Notes: generated by a model not told the origin, from the sequence alone. A stretch of DNA of 64,000 nt from an uncultured Actinomycetota bacterium (GCA_963701105.1 OY969565.1:886998-950997); one strand, 5' to 3'; positions 29,482 through 40,015 are shown, counted from the stretch's first letter. Made by a program: numbers and translations.

Positions 29482-30480
29482 CTACCCCGCCACGAGCCGA
29501 CCGAGGCACATCTCCAACTCCAGCTCCGCCGGCAGATTACCCTTGCCTTTCATCCTGGCGTCGGTCTCGGCCAGGAGAACGACGGCGCGTCCGATGGAAT
29601 CGACGCCGTAGCTGTCTGCCTGTTGGACCACCTTCTTGGCCGGATACGGCTTCAGACCTAATTCCGCCTGGATCTGCGAAGGCGAAAACCCCTCCTCACG
29701 CAGCGCGACCGCCTTGCTGAGGTGCTGGAAATGCCGGAGCACGCGGAACAACAGCCCAGTGGGCTTCTCTCCAGCCGCATAGAGCTCTTCCAGGCTCACG
29801 AAGACAAAGGCCGGGCGCCGCGAGGCCACCGCGTCGACCATGTCGAACACCTTGGCCTCCACAGTGCGGTTGCACATGAGCTCGATGTCCTCGACCCGGA
29901 TCTGCCCGCGCCCGCGGAACGTGGTGAGCTTCTCGATCTCCCTCATGAGGAGGCGCTGATCGTCGCCCACCCTCTGCACGAGCGAGCGTGCCGCCGCCGC
30001 CTCTATCTGCCCCCCGAGCTTCCGTGTCTCCCGAACGACCCAGTTCGGCAACTCGGCCGCCTTCGGAGCCTGGAACTCGAGCACATCACCCACCACCGTG
30101 ACGGCCTTCCGCAGAGGATCGTTCGACGGGAGCTTCTCCCCTACGAGCGCGAGACATGAGTCGGGAGCCGGGGAGCGCAGGTATTCCGCGATGAGATCCT
30201 TGTCGGCCTTGCGCCACTGATCCACGCCGTGCACCAGAACCAGTCGTATCCCCGAAAGAAACGCAAGGGTGTTGGCCGCGCCGATCGCCTCCCGCGCTCC
30301 GTGCTGGCCGGCGACGAATTCGTCGATGTTGAGTTCGGTGCCGGATTCGGCCACGATGCGGGCCCGCAGTCTCTTCAGGGCGGTCTCGACTTTGGGACGA
30401 TCGTCGCCGAGAATCAAGTAGGCAGGCTTCAGAGGCTGCGATTTGGCGCCGCTGGCATCGCTCGGTGTTCCGGCTTTCAT
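29482..30480 (-). CDS. holA: DNA polymerase III delta subunit
   Basis: 332 aa with HolA-like N-terminus (YLILGDD ...). Its ATGA overlaps the comEC stop. Conserved comEC-holA synteny. Confidence 0.85.
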   Translation of the reverse strand: MKAGTPSDASGAKSQPLKPAYLILGDDRPKVETALKRLRARIVAESGTELNIDEFVAGQHGAREAIGAANTLAFLSGIRLVLVHGVDQWRKADKDLIAEYLRSPAPDSCLALVGEKLPSNDPLRKAVTVVGDVLEFQAPKAAELPNWVVRETRKLGGQIEAAAARSLVQRVGDDQRLLMREIEKLTTFRGRGQIRVEDIELMCNRTVEAKVFDMVDAVASRRPAFVFVSLEELYAAGEKPTGLLFRVLRHFQHLSKAVALREEGFSPSQIQAELGLKPYPAKKVVQQADSYGVDSIGRAVVLLAETDARMKGKGNLPAELELEMCLGRLVAG

Positions 30481-33146
30481 CGTCTCGACCTCCCCGCTGC
30501 GACTCCGACACCGCCGTCCGCGACCTTCTCCACGCCGACCCTCATTCCGGACTCACCGCCCGCCGATGGAGAGATGGCGACCGAGCCAGACAAGTCGGTC
30601 CGGAAGAGCCTCACGCCCGCGTTCCCGATGGTCTCGACTGTTCCGCTCTCAGGGTGGCCAAACGGATTGTCAGCTCCCACCGAGATGACGGCGACCTCCG
30701 GCGACAACGCTCCGAGCAGAGTCGAGGTCACCGCTCCCCTACTTCCGTGATGCGGCACCACGACACAGTCCACGTCGCCGAGCGTGTACCCTGCGAGGGC
30801 CGTCGCCTCCGCGTCTCCGGGAACGAGTATAGCAAGGCCTCCGAGCCGGACGACGACCACCACGGACGAGGCGTTCAGGCCCTCGCTACTCAACGCAGGC
30901 CCATCTCGAATCGAGGGCGCGCGCGCACGCGCCCAGCCCCCATCTGCCCGCATCTTCAGTGGAGCCTCGGGAGCATCGAACTCGAGGGATACGTCACCCA
31001 GAGTCAGCGTCGCACCCTTACCGACCAAGACGTGCTGCGCTCCGGCTGCCAACGCGGCTTCCCGCACCGCCAGGAAGGCCGCGGCTTCGCTGATCGCGGC
31101 ACTCGTCTCGCCTGAATTCGAGGGAGACTGGTCGTCGGAGGCGCTGGTCCCCGGCCCCTCCTCCACCTGGTCCACGAACAGCCCCACCGGGATGTGGCGC
31201 ACCACTTCTGCCAGTCCTCCGAAATGGTCGGCATGAGGGTGGCTGACCACCACGACGTCCAGCCGATCGACTCCCAGGTGCCACAGATCGTCGAGAACAT
31301 CCGCCTGAGCGGGTCCGCCGTCTATCAGCACCGCTGAACCTTCGGCAGACCTCACCAGGACCGCGTTGCCCTCCCCCACGTCCAACACCCGCACTTCGCC
31401 CGTCTCGGGCCAATCGCGCGCGGCCCACCATACCTCGCCTTTTGAATACGCCGACGAGACACCGAGAGGCACGATGCCCAGGAGCACTCCCCCGATCAAG
31501 GCGGCCGCCACCCGGGCCACGGGGTGCGGCCCGACTCGCCTGCGCGGCGACGACCCGGAGCGACCACGGAACCGGGCCGTCGCCACATGCGAACCGAGGA
31601 AGGCACCCGCCACGCCCAAGAGCACTGAGGCCGCGTTGGCCATGGTCATGACCGGAGCCTTGGCGAGGAACGCAGCCACGGCGGACACCCACCCAACGAG
31701 CACGCCCGCCGCAGTGTTCAGTGCCGCGGAGGGCAGCGGGCTCACAAAACCCAAGGCCACGCTGCCAAGACCAAGAGCCATTATCAAGGGCACGAGCGGG
31801 ACGACCAGAGGGTTGGCCAGCACCCCCACGAGCGACACCTGCCCAAAGGTGAGGAGCGAGACCGGAGCGGTGCCGACCGTGGCAGCAAGGGATACCGCCA
31901 CCGCCTGAGCTATGCGCGGCGGCAGCCGAGGGGTGAGTCGCTGCTCCAGTGGTCGAGTGAGCAGCAGCAACGCTGCCACCGCGCTGAACGAGAGCTGGAA
32001 CCCCGGGGCCGTCGCTGCCCCGGGCTCGCGGGCCAACACCACCACGGCGGCCAACCCGAGTGCCGCCCAGGTATCCCGTCCTCGGCCGACGAGCCGGGCC
32101 ACCAACATCGTGATCACCATGACCGACGCGCGCGTCACCGAGGGGCCGGCCCCGGTGAGCAACGCAAAGAGAACGACGGTCACCGAGCCGGCGAGTGTAC
32201 GCACCGAGGGCGCGGCCCTTGCCAACTGCAGGATCAACATGACGAATGCGGCCAGCGCGCCCACGTGAAGCCCGCTCACGGCCAGTATGTGGGCGGTGCC
32301 GGAGCGACGGAAGGCGTCGAGCGTAGAGTCCGGGATATCCGCTTTGTCTCCGAGCAGGATGCCACGAAGCATCGAACTCGTGACCGGATCGATGCCCACG
32401 GCAAGATGGGCGCGGGCCCCGGTGCGCATACGATCGAGCGCTCCGGCGAGGCCGTCCCTGCGGCCGAGGAGCCGCACGCCCGTGGGCTCCGCCGCCATCA
32501 CCGCGCCGATGCCCTCGCGGGCCAGCCAGGCGCGCTCGTCAAAATCGCTCCCGCCACCCTTGCCGGGCGACTCCGGAGCCCGCAGCAGCCCGCGCAGTTC
32601 AAGGATGGCGCCCTCCTGGATGAAGAGGTCGCCGCCCGCACCCGATCCCTTGGCGACCCCGTCAGTATTCCAGGCGGTACCCGACGCGCCACGCGCCAAC
32701 TCGACGAGTAGATGCTCCCCCACACCCCGAGGTCCGAGAGAGCGTGCCGAGAACGACACACCCTTTCCTCGTTCGCGCGGAGTATCGATGACCTCAACGA
32801 CGATCTCCGAGCGCGCGCCCACCATGGACGCAAGCTCTCCCCGCAGTTGCGCGTCCACGCGCACGGCTCCCCAGGAGGCTCCGACCATCAACGAGAGGAT
32901 CACCAACATGAAGGGAGCACCGTGCGAAGAGAAGGCGCCGCTGTGACCGAGACCGGAGAGGATCAAAGACACCAACAGGGCGCCCAGAACGAGACCAGTG
33001 GCCGCGATCACGGTTCTCACCGGGGGACACTCCACGCCCGCGAAGGCCAAGCCGACCGCCGCCGCCAACCACGCGCACCGCGAGACCCCTGCCCGTAGGG
33101 TGAGCCAGCGCGAACACCGAACGAACCACGACGAGGCTCGGCTCAC
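30477..33146 (-). CDS. comEC: DNA internalization-related competence protein ComEC/Rec2 (with C-terminal MBL domain)
   Basis: 889 aa. Multi-TM competence domain plus a metallo-beta-lactamase motif (VVSHPHADHFGG). Confidence 0.9.
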   Translation of the reverse strand: MSRASSWFVRCSRWLTLRAGVSRCAWLAAAVGLAFAGVECPPVRTVIAATGLVLGALLVSLILSGLGHSGAFSSHGAPFMLVILSLMVGASWGAVRVDAQLRGELASMVGARSEIVVEVIDTPRERGKGVSFSARSLGPRGVGEHLLVELARGASGTAWNTDGVAKGSGAGGDLFIQEGAILELRGLLRAPESPGKGGGSDFDERAWLAREGIGAVMAAEPTGVRLLGRRDGLAGALDRMRTGARAHLAVGIDPVTSSMLRGILLGDKADIPDSTLDAFRRSGTAHILAVSGLHVGALAAFVMLILQLARAAPSVRTLAGSVTVVLFALLTGAGPSVTRASVMVITMLVARLVGRGRDTWAALGLAAVVVLAREPGAATAPGFQLSFSAVAALLLLTRPLEQRLTPRLPPRIAQAVAVSLAATVGTAPVSLLTFGQVSLVGVLANPLVVPLVPLIMALGLGSVALGFVSPLPSAALNTAAGVLVGWVSAVAAFLAKAPVMTMANAASVLLGVAGAFLGSHVATARFRGRSGSSPRRRVGPHPVARVAAALIGGVLLGIVPLGVSSAYSKGEVWWAARDWPETGEVRVLDVGEGNAVLVRSAEGSAVLIDGGPAQADVLDDLWHLGVDRLDVVVVSHPHADHFGGLAEVVRHIPVGLFVDQVEEGPGTSASDDQSPSNSGETSAAISEAAAFLAVREAALAAGAQHVLVGKGATLTLGDVSLEFDAPEAPLKMRADGGWARARAPSIRDGPALSSEGLNASSVVVVVRLGGLAILVPGDAEATALAGYTLGDVDCVVVPHHGSRGAVTSTLLGALSPEVAVISVGADNPFGHPESGTVETIGNAGVRLFRTDLSGSVAISPSAGGESGMRVGVEKVADGGVGVAAGRSRR

Positions 33147-33835
33147 GGGACGACGAGATCGCGCAGGCGCTCCACAGTAGCCGCCCCGATCCCCGGCACC
33201 TCTTCAAGTTGGTCCACCGAAGCAAACGGGCCGTTCTCTTCCCGGTAGGCGATGATGCGCTGTGCCGTCTTCGGCCCGACGCCCGGCAAGGTGTCGAGTT
33301 CTGCTTCGGTACCCGTACTCAAAGAGACGGGTCCTGCAGAAGGCGGGCCCGCCGGCCCGGCCGCCCCGGGGGCGACGGGCACCTGCAGGCTTGGGCCCGC
33401 CATGACCTCCCCCACCCGGGGCACGCGGATGCAGGCCCCGTCTGCTACCTCGGCCGCCAGCGGCACCGCCTCGCTGTCGGCCTCGGCCGTCATGCCGCCC
33501 GCCATCAACAACACCTGGAAGACGCGGGCCCCCGGCTGCACCTCGTACACCCCCGGGCGGTGCACGGCTCCCGCCACCTGTACGAAGAGAGGCGGCGGCG
33601 CGGTGGTGGTTGAGGTAGACGAGGAGGGAACGAGAGAGGATGCGCCGGGCGCGTCGGAGAGAGCCGCGTCGGCCGAGGCCGACGCGGCGGAATCATCGGG
33701 TCCGAACGTCCAGGTGGGCGCCGGGGTGCCGTCCCCGGCGCTCGAGGCGCCGCGTAGACTCCAGACTCCGACGACCACCACCACGAGGGCCGCGACCACG
33801 TATGGGATGATCCTTTTTCGCGGCAGGGCAGGCAT
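33143..33835 (-). CDS. comEA: Competence protein ComEA (SLBB + helix-hairpin-helix DNA binding)
   Basis: 230 aa. N-terminal TM helix and C-terminal HhH pair (LDTLPGVGPKTAQRII ... VPGIGAATVERL). Confidence 0.85.
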   Translation of the reverse strand: MPALPRKRIIPYVVAALVVVVVGVWSLRGASSAGDGTPAPTWTFGPDDSAASASADAALSDAPGASSLVPSSSTSTTTAPPPLFVQVAGAVHRPGVYEVQPGARVFQVLLMAGGMTAEADSEAVPLAAEVADGACIRVPRVGEVMAGPSLQVPVAPGAAGPAGPPSAGPVSLSTGTEAELDTLPGVGPKTAQRIIAYREENGPFASVDQLEEVPGIGAATVERLRDLVVP

Positions 33836-33914
33836 GGGCCCAGCGTAGCCGCCCGAACGGGAGCCGCGTATACGACCTAAGCCTCAGTGAGGCTCAGCGA
33901 GCCTCAGTCCTCTG

Positions 33915-34493
33915 CTAGTACGCCTCCACCCAGAGCTCGAAATGCTCCTGCGGATGATCGCAAGCAGGGCAGGTCTTGGGCGCGCTCGTGCCGGAATGCA
34001 CGTAACCGCAGTTGTTGCACTTCCAGTGCACCACTTCAGACCGGGAGAACACCGTGTCTGCTTCGACGTTCGCCAAGAGCTTGCGGAAGCGTCGCTCGTG
34101 GTAACTCTCTACCTCCGCGATCTTGCGAAAGGAGGCGGCCACCTTCTTGAAGCCCTCTTCCTCTGCCACCTGGCCGAAATCCGGGTACAGCGTGCCCCAC
34201 TCCAGTTTTTCGCCCTCGGCCGCGGCCAATAGGTTCTCGGCGGTATCGCCGGTGGGCCCGGCGGGGTACTCGGCTGTGAACTCCACCGTGCCGCCTTCGA
34301 GTAGCTTGAAGAACACCTGGGCGTGCTCCCTCTCGTTGCCGGCGGTCTCTTCGAAGAGGTTACTGATCTGCACGTAGCCCTCGTCGCGCGCCACCGCAGC
34401 GGCGTAGGTATAGCGGTTGCGGGCCTGAGATTCGCCGGCGAACGCCTTCATCAGGTTCTGTTCTGTTCGAGACCCCTTGAGCTCCATCTGCAT
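33915..34493 (-). CDS. rbr: Rubrerythrin
   Basis: 192 aa. Ferritin-like diiron domain (ESQARNRY ... NEREHA) plus a C-terminal rubredoxin-like CNNCG ... CPAC. Confidence 0.92.
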   Translation of the reverse strand: MQMELKGSRTEQNLMKAFAGESQARNRYTYAAAVARDEGYVQISNLFEETAGNEREHAQVFFKLLEGGTVEFTAEYPAGPTGDTAENLLAAAEGEKLEWGTLYPDFGQVAEEEGFKKVAASFRKIAEVESYHERRFRKLLANVEADTVFSRSEVVHWKCNNCGYVHSGTSAPKTCPACDHPQEHFELWVEAY

Positions 34494-34508
34494 CCTCCTC
34501 GTATGTTC

Positions 34509-36824
34509 TTACTCGTCCTTAGCGCTCGACTTCGCCGGTTCTACCGATATCTCGCGCCCCTTGAACATGGTCTCGTGCATGCCTTCGATCACTCGGCCGG
34601 CCACGGCCTTGCGCACCTCGATAAAGGCGAAGTTGTGTAGGAGGTCTATGCGACCGATGTCGTCTTCCTCGAGTTGCGCGGCCTCGCGCACCAGGCGCTC
34701 GAGCGCCTCCCGGTTGACGCGGGCCCTACGGCCGATGGATATGAAGAGTCTGGTCATCTCGTCGCCGTCGGCGGCCCGGCCTTCGCCGTTACCGACCGCC
34801 GCCGTTGTTTCTTCTTCTTCTCCCTCGGCCTCGGAGGGGGGCGCCGCGGGCACCAATGCGTCGCTCCCGGTCTGCTCACTTCCGGCCAAGGCCTTGATGA
34901 GAGCCGCGGTGATCCGACGAAGATCGTGATCGCGCTCGAGCCGGTCGAGGATGGCCTCGTAGTCGGCCAGATCGTTGAGATCCAGTCCGGCCACCAGGCC
35001 CGACACACGGTCCCGCAGTTCCATGGCCCGCCGCAGGCGGGCCTCTTCCGCGGGTTCGATGAGCGGGGCGGCGGCCGCTTCGACGGTCTTCTCACCGGGT
35101 GCCACACCCGCTGGGACTTCGACGGAGGCGGCTTCGGCCGTCGCCTCGGCGGGCCCCGCCTGCAGCTGCGCCTCTCGTTCGGCCGAGATGGCGGCCTCGG
35201 CCTCTCGGAGCCGCGCGAGCACATCGGCTCGGCGGGCGTCCTCGGCGGCGCTGCGGCTCGAGGCATCCTCGGCGACCGTGGCCCGGTCGGACACAGCGGC
35301 TTCGCCCTCCAGCGCAGCCGCGTGCGCTACGCCCACCCGCTCCTCATGTTCGATCCGGGACGCCTCTTTGAGCGCTTCGCCCGCGTCTACCCAGCCTATG
35401 CGCTTGCGCGCGTCCCGCAACGCGTATCGGCGCTGGACCCTCTCGGCCTCGGTCGTCGGCTCCTCTGTCTGACGCAGGAGACCGGACAGCGACGCCTCCG
35501 CGGGTTCCTTGCGGCCGCGCCGGCGCTTCTCTGCCGGCGCCGTCTCTGCCTCGGCTGCGGGGGCCACGTCTGCGTCTGCCTCCAGACCGGCGACTGCCTC
35601 CTCCTCGGCGCGCCGCACCGGCAGGCCCACACTCCTGTCCACCGCTTCCACGCGGCGCCGGGCTTTGGCGTCGCCCCGGGCGGCGCGTCGCCGCTCGTCC
35701 ACCTCGGCGGAGGTGGGCAGCTCGCCCTCTTCGATGGTCGCCATCGAGAACTCCTGGATACGCAGGAGATCCCAGTATTCGGCGGGCGTGACGAAGGTGA
35801 TGGCGACCCCCGAGCGCCCCATGCGGCCGGTCCGACCGATGCGATGGACGTACGATTCCGGGTCCTGAGGCACGTGGAAATTGATCACGTGAGTCACGTG
35901 GCTGATGTCGAGTCCGCGGGAGGCGACGTCGGTGGCCACCAGGTAGGAGAAGCGCTGGTCACGGAAACCCTGCATGATCTGGTCGCGCTGTGCCTGCGTG
36001 AGGTCGCCGTGGAGTCCCTCGACGTCATAGCCTCGGGCCTTGAGCTTCCGGGCGAGCCTATCCACGTTGCGCTTGGTGCGGCAGAAGATGATGGCGCTTG
36101 CCCCTTCCTCTTCGAAATCGAGGAGGCGCATCAGGGCGTCTATCTTCTCGTCCTCCGGGACCTCGTAGAAGATCTGCTCGGTCTCTTCGAGCGTCATCGT
36201 CTCCGGGACCACCGACACCTTCTCCGGGTTCTTCATGTACTCCCGGGCGATGCGTTCGATGTCGGAGGGGATGGTGGCCGAGAACAACAGAGTCTGTCGT
36301 TCTTTCGGACACTGTCGCAGTATTCGGCGGATGTCGGGGATGAAACCCATATCCAGCATCATGTCCGCCTCGTCGAGCACCAACATCTTGATCTGAGAGA
36401 GATCGAGTGTGCCCCGCCCCAGGTGATCGAGGATGCGCCCGGGAGTGCCCACGACCACCTGGACGCCTTTCTTGAGCGCGGTGATCTGGCGGTCGATCCG
36501 TTGCCCACCGTAAACAGGCAGTACCTTGTGGCCGCTGAAGAGGGTGATCTCGTGCACCTCTTCTGCGATCTGCACCGCCAACTCACGGGTGGGAGACAAG
36601 ACCAAGGCCTGCACTGCCTGCGAGTCGGCGGGCAGTTTCTGCGCTATGGGGATACCGAATGCGGCGGTCTTGCCGGTCCCCGTCTGCGCCTGGCCAAGGA
36701 GGTCGCGACCCTCCATGATCAACGGGATACCCTTCTTCTGGATGGGTGTTGCTTCGACGAAACCCATCTTGTTTATCGCTTCCAGTACCGGTCCGCTGAG
36801 ACCGAAGCTCTCAAAGTCAGTCAT
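34509..36824 (-). CDS. DEAD-box ATP-dependent RNA helicase with long acidic/Ala-rich linker and C-terminal DbpA-type RNA-binding domain
   Basis: 771 aa. Motifs: Q motif, AQTGTGKT, DEAD, SAT, HRIGRTGR. The C-terminal ~75 aa are DbpA-like. Confidence 0.9.
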   Translation of the reverse strand: MTDFESFGLSGPVLEAINKMGFVEATPIQKKGIPLIMEGRDLLGQAQTGTGKTAAFGIPIAQKLPADSQAVQALVLSPTRELAVQIAEEVHEITLFSGHKVLPVYGGQRIDRQITALKKGVQVVVGTPGRILDHLGRGTLDLSQIKMLVLDEADMMLDMGFIPDIRRILRQCPKERQTLLFSATIPSDIERIAREYMKNPEKVSVVPETMTLEETEQIFYEVPEDEKIDALMRLLDFEEEGASAIIFCRTKRNVDRLARKLKARGYDVEGLHGDLTQAQRDQIMQGFRDQRFSYLVATDVASRGLDISHVTHVINFHVPQDPESYVHRIGRTGRMGRSGVAITFVTPAEYWDLLRIQEFSMATIEEGELPTSAEVDERRRAARGDAKARRRVEAVDRSVGLPVRRAEEEAVAGLEADADVAPAAEAETAPAEKRRRGRKEPAEASLSGLLRQTEEPTTEAERVQRRYALRDARKRIGWVDAGEALKEASRIEHEERVGVAHAAALEGEAAVSDRATVAEDASSRSAAEDARRADVLARLREAEAAISAEREAQLQAGPAEATAEAASVEVPAGVAPGEKTVEAAAAPLIEPAEEARLRRAMELRDRVSGLVAGLDLNDLADYEAILDRLERDHDLRRITAALIKALAGSEQTGSDALVPAAPPSEAEGEEEETTAAVGNGEGRAADGDEMTRLFISIGRRARVNREALERLVREAAQLEEDDIGRIDLLHNFAFIEVRKAVAGRVIEGMHETMFKGREISVEPAKSSAKDE

Positions 36825-36895
36825 GTCGTGCCACGTTTCCTGGGGTCGGAGTGATCGATAGCCCGGGGACAGGCCGCGGGCGTGCTGCGAGAGAA

Positions 36896-36915
36896 ACTAT
36901 AGCCCACTATAGCCC
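36896..36915 (-). promoter_or_regulatory. Tandem 10-bp repeat; the minus strand reads GGGCTATAGT GGGCTATAGT (two -10-like TATAGT boxes) upstream of the helicase gene
   Basis: Perfect direct repeat read from the sequence, 72-91 nt upstream of ATG 36824. Confidence 0.3.
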
Positions 36916-36926
36916 AAAGCGGCGCC

Positions 36927-37733
36927 CTATCCGGAGAGGCCGGCCACGCGCCGCAAGAATGCCCGCAGGTACAGATTGGTCTCGTGCGGATTCTCGAGCA
37001 TGGGAAAGTGGCCTACTCCCATCAGTGACTTCTGCATGGCCCCCGGGATCCAGTAGGCGAGGATGTTCGCTATCTCCACGAAATCGTGCAGGTCCTCCTG
37101 CCCCGACAACACGAAGGTGGGAACCGAGATCTCCTGGAGACGATCGATGTCCGCCACTTCTTGTTTGGCGTAGCGGGCGAGGTCGAGCCACTCGGCTCCC
37201 GACCAGTCTCCGCTCAGACTCACTATGCGCTCGTAAACATCGGGACGCTTGCGCCGTACCCAGCTGAAGATACCGGCCTCCGCCCACACCTCGTCGAACG
37301 CCGCCCGCGGCCCGCGTTCGCGGGCCACCTGAGCCGCGCGACGCATGATCGAAGTGAACTCGTCCGACCAGGGGAATCCCCGCAACACGGTATCGATGAA
37401 GAAGAGAGACGCGACGCGCGCCGAGTTCTGCAACGCGGTCTCCATGATCACGCCGCCGCCTCGAGAGTGGCCCACGAGGTGCGCCCGCTCGATGTCCAGG
37501 AGATCGAGCAGCCCGAGCAACTCCTTGGAGACATGGGGGTAGTCGTAACCCGTAGGAGGCACACGCGAGGACCCGCAGCCGCGCGCGTCGTAGGTGATCA
37601 TGCGGAATTCCGTGGCAAGAGGCGCCTGCTCCGCCCAGAGGCCATGCCCGAGCCCTAAGCCGTGGACGAAGACAACGGGCGGTCCGCTCCCCTCGTCGGT
37701 ATAGAACACTCCGAGTGTCTCGTCGAAGGGCAT
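36927..37733 (-). CDS. Alpha/beta-fold hydrolase
   Basis: 268 aa. HG oxyanion motif (FVHGLGLG) and nucleophile elbow GHSRGG. Confidence 0.8.
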   Translation of the reverse strand: MPFDETLGVFYTDEGSGPPVVFVHGLGLGHGLWAEQAPLATEFRMITYDARGCGSSRVPPTGYDYPHVSKELLGLLDLLDIERAHLVGHSRGGGVIMETALQNSARVASLFFIDTVLRGFPWSDEFTSIMRRAAQVARERGPRAAFDEVWAEAGIFSWVRRKRPDVYERIVSLSGDWSGAEWLDLARYAKQEVADIDRLQEISVPTFVLSGQEDLHDFVEIANILAYWIPGAMQKSLMGVGHFPMLENPHETNLYLRAFLRRVAGLSG

Positions 37734-37740
37734 CGTCGGC

Positions 37741-38442
37741 TTACGGACGCGACGCGTCAGATAGGAATCGTGCGACAGGCTCGCTTACACTGTCACGCTC
37801 GCCACCGAAGAAGTGATCCGCTCCGGGCACGACCACCATAGTGGGATCCAAGCCCACTCCGCGCAGGAACTCCTCCACCGCCGCCGGAGGAGCGATCAGA
37901 TCGTGCTCCCCGCACACGGCTATGACCGGCCCGGCGTACTTCCCGAAACGCTCGAACCAGCGACCCACGAACTCGTCCCAACTCAGGGGGAAAGCCACCA
38001 GGGCGAGCCCCGCTGCGGGTTCGCCATCGATGACGGCCAAAGACGCCATCACGGCGCCGAAGGAGTAGCCCGCGAGCGAGACGGGCAGGCCCTGTGGCAG
38101 CTGGGCCCGCAGGAAGGCGGCGGCGGCCCTCACATCTCTGAACTCCTCAAAGCCGCTGTAGACGCCACCACTGGCTCCGACGCCGCGGAAGTTGAACCGG
38201 AAGGTGGCCAGGCCCTTCTGCCGACAGGCCTTGGCCACGTAGTGCACCACCGGCTGCTGCATGGTGCTGCCGTGCAGAGGATGCGGGTGAGCCACCACCA
38301 CGCCGCCCAGGAGCGGTCCGTCCTCGGGGAACTCCAGCAGGCCCTCGAGGGTCACGTCACCCGGGATCGTCACTTCCCGGCGCGGCGCGGCGCGAGTCGA
38401 CGCCGAAGCCTCCACATGCTGGTCGGAAGAACCGGTCACCAA
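37741..38442 (-). CDS. Alpha/beta hydrolase (COG2945/dienelactone-hydrolase-like)
   Basis: 233 aa. Nucleophile elbow GYSFG and HP..HG motifs. Confidence 0.7.
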   Translation of the reverse strand: MVTGSSDQHVEASASTRAAPRREVTIPGDVTLEGLLEFPEDGPLLGGVVVAHPHPLHGSTMQQPVVHYVAKACRQKGLATFRFNFRGVGASGGVYSGFEEFRDVRAAAAFLRAQLPQGLPVSLAGYSFGAVMASLAVIDGEPAAGLALVAFPLSWDEFVGRWFERFGKYAGPVIAVCGEHDLIAPPAAVEEFLRGVGLDPTMVVVPGADHFFGGERDSVSEPVARFLSDASRP

Positions 38443-38443
38443 G

Positions 38444-38935
38444 CTACTCCCTCATGTTGACGTACTGCAACGGCACTCCCAGATCGGCCTCCTTGAGGAG
38501 GGCGATGACTTCCTGCAGGTCGTCGCGCTTCTTCGCGGTCATGCGGACTTCATCGCCTTGAATGGAAGCCTGCACCTTGAGCTTGGCGTCTTTCACCAAC
38601 TTGACCACCTTGCGGGCGACCTCGATATCGATGCCGTTGACGATCTTGACCTCCTGCCGGAGCATGTCGCCTCCGGCCCGCTCGGACGCGCCGAACTCGA
38701 AGGCCTTGGTGTCGATGCCGCGCTTCACGGCCTTGGCGATGAGGATGTCTCTGAGGGCGCGGAGCTTCATGTCGTCCTCAGTGAGAAAGCGGATGAGGTC
38801 GTCCTTCTTCACCAACTCCACCTCGGTCTTCGACCCGCGGAAGTCGTACCGGGTGGCCACTTCCTTCTTCAGCATGTTGACCGTGTTGTCCATCTCCTGC
38901 ATGTCTACACGGCTGACGACGTCGAAAGACGGCAT
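38444..38935 (-). CDS. yajQ: YajQ-family nucleotide (c-di-GMP)-binding protein
   Basis: 163 aa. MPSFDVVS ... is characteristic of the UPF0234/YajQ family. Confidence 0.9.
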   Translation of the reverse strand: MPSFDVVSRVDMQEMDNTVNMLKKEVATRYDFRGSKTEVELVKKDDLIRFLTEDDMKLRALRDILIAKAVKRGIDTKAFEFGASERAGGDMLRQEVKIVNGIDIEVARKVVKLVKDAKLKVQASIQGDEVRMTAKKRDDLQEVIALLKEADLGVPLQYVNMRE

Positions 38936-39065
38936 GACCCCTCACTCTCGCTCTCACTGGCGGTACGGCGCGTCCCCTGGAGTGGAACGCGGGATAGACC
39001 TATCTCTGATGATACCAGCCCCTCCCGCAGAGGACCGCGCGGGTGCGCGCCACCGGCCGCGCGAA

Positions 39066-39875
39066 TCAGCCGGCGGTGCGTCGCACCATGCTCCACAGTC
39101 GTCCGTCGCGCTCGACGACCTCAAGGTGCAATCCCATCGCTTCGGAGACTAGTGGGGCCGTGAGCGCCTCCTCCCGCGGGCCGCCTACCAGGACGCGACC
39201 GCCACACAGGAGGAGGGCATGGGAGAAACCGGGGACGATCTCCTCCAGATGATGCGTGATCATGAGGACGGTGGGACCCCCGACGGCCGAGGTGAGCACC
39301 TCGAGAGACTCCAGCAGATCTTCGCGTGCCCCAACGTCCAGCCCGGCGGCGGGTTCGTCCAACACCAGCAGTGAGGGATCGCACATGAGCGCGCGCGCCA
39401 GGAGCACCCGCTGGCGCTCCCCCTGCGAGAGCACTCCGAACCTGCGGCCGATGAGGTGCCCGCAGCCCACAGCCTCGAGGAGACCGGCGGCTTTCGCGCG
39501 ATCATCGTCCGTTGGGTGCTCGTAGAACAGCCCCACGGACGCGAACATCCCACCGATCACCACATCCAGCGCAGCATCGCCCGGATGCAGGCGATCGGCC
39601 ATAGCGGGGCTCACCCACCCGATGCGGCGGCGCAAGTCGCGAAGGTCCACCTGGCCGAAAGTGCTGCCAAAGACCCGCACCGTGCCTTCCGAAGGCTGGA
39701 CGTAGCCGGCCACGAGGCGCAGCAGAGTGGTCTTGCCCGAGCCGTTCGGGCCGAGTACGGCCCAGTGCTGTCCGCGAACGACCTGCCAGTCGATCCCGAA
39801 GAGGAGGGGGACGCCGTCACGGACCAGCGAGACCTCCTGAAGACTGATGACCACATCCTGATCTATCGGACTCAC
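39066..39875 (-). CDS. Orphan ABC-transporter ATP-binding protein (YlmA/ModF-like)
   Basis: 269 aa. Walker A GPNGSGKTT, signature LSQGERQR, Walker B LLVLDEP. No permease gene is adjacent. Confidence 0.85.
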   Translation of the reverse strand: MSPIDQDVVISLQEVSLVRDGVPLLFGIDWQVVRGQHWAVLGPNGSGKTTLLRLVAGYVQPSEGTVRVFGSTFGQVDLRDLRRRIGWVSPAMADRLHPGDAALDVVIGGMFASVGLFYEHPTDDDRAKAAGLLEAVGCGHLIGRRFGVLSQGERQRVLLARALMCDPSLLVLDEPAAGLDVGAREDLLESLEVLTSAVGGPTVLMITHHLEEIVPGFSHALLLCGGRVLVGGPREEALTAPLVSEAMGLHLEVVERDGRLWSMVRRTAG

Positions 39876-40015
39876 GACCGGTGGGAACCTCCTTGAATGC
39901 GCCGCTGTGTGTGGCCTAGGTTGAGGATAGCAGAGCGGCAGGACACCCCCTTGTGCGCAGCCGCGAGACCCGCTAGGGTTGGTTCCCGCAGCGAGGACTG
40001 GTAGACTGCCGCCTC

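Noticed and set aside
34674-36854. 726-aa plus-strand ORF.
   Set aside because: It is exactly antisense to the well-supported DEAD-box helicase gene, with low-complexity composition and no recognisable domain.
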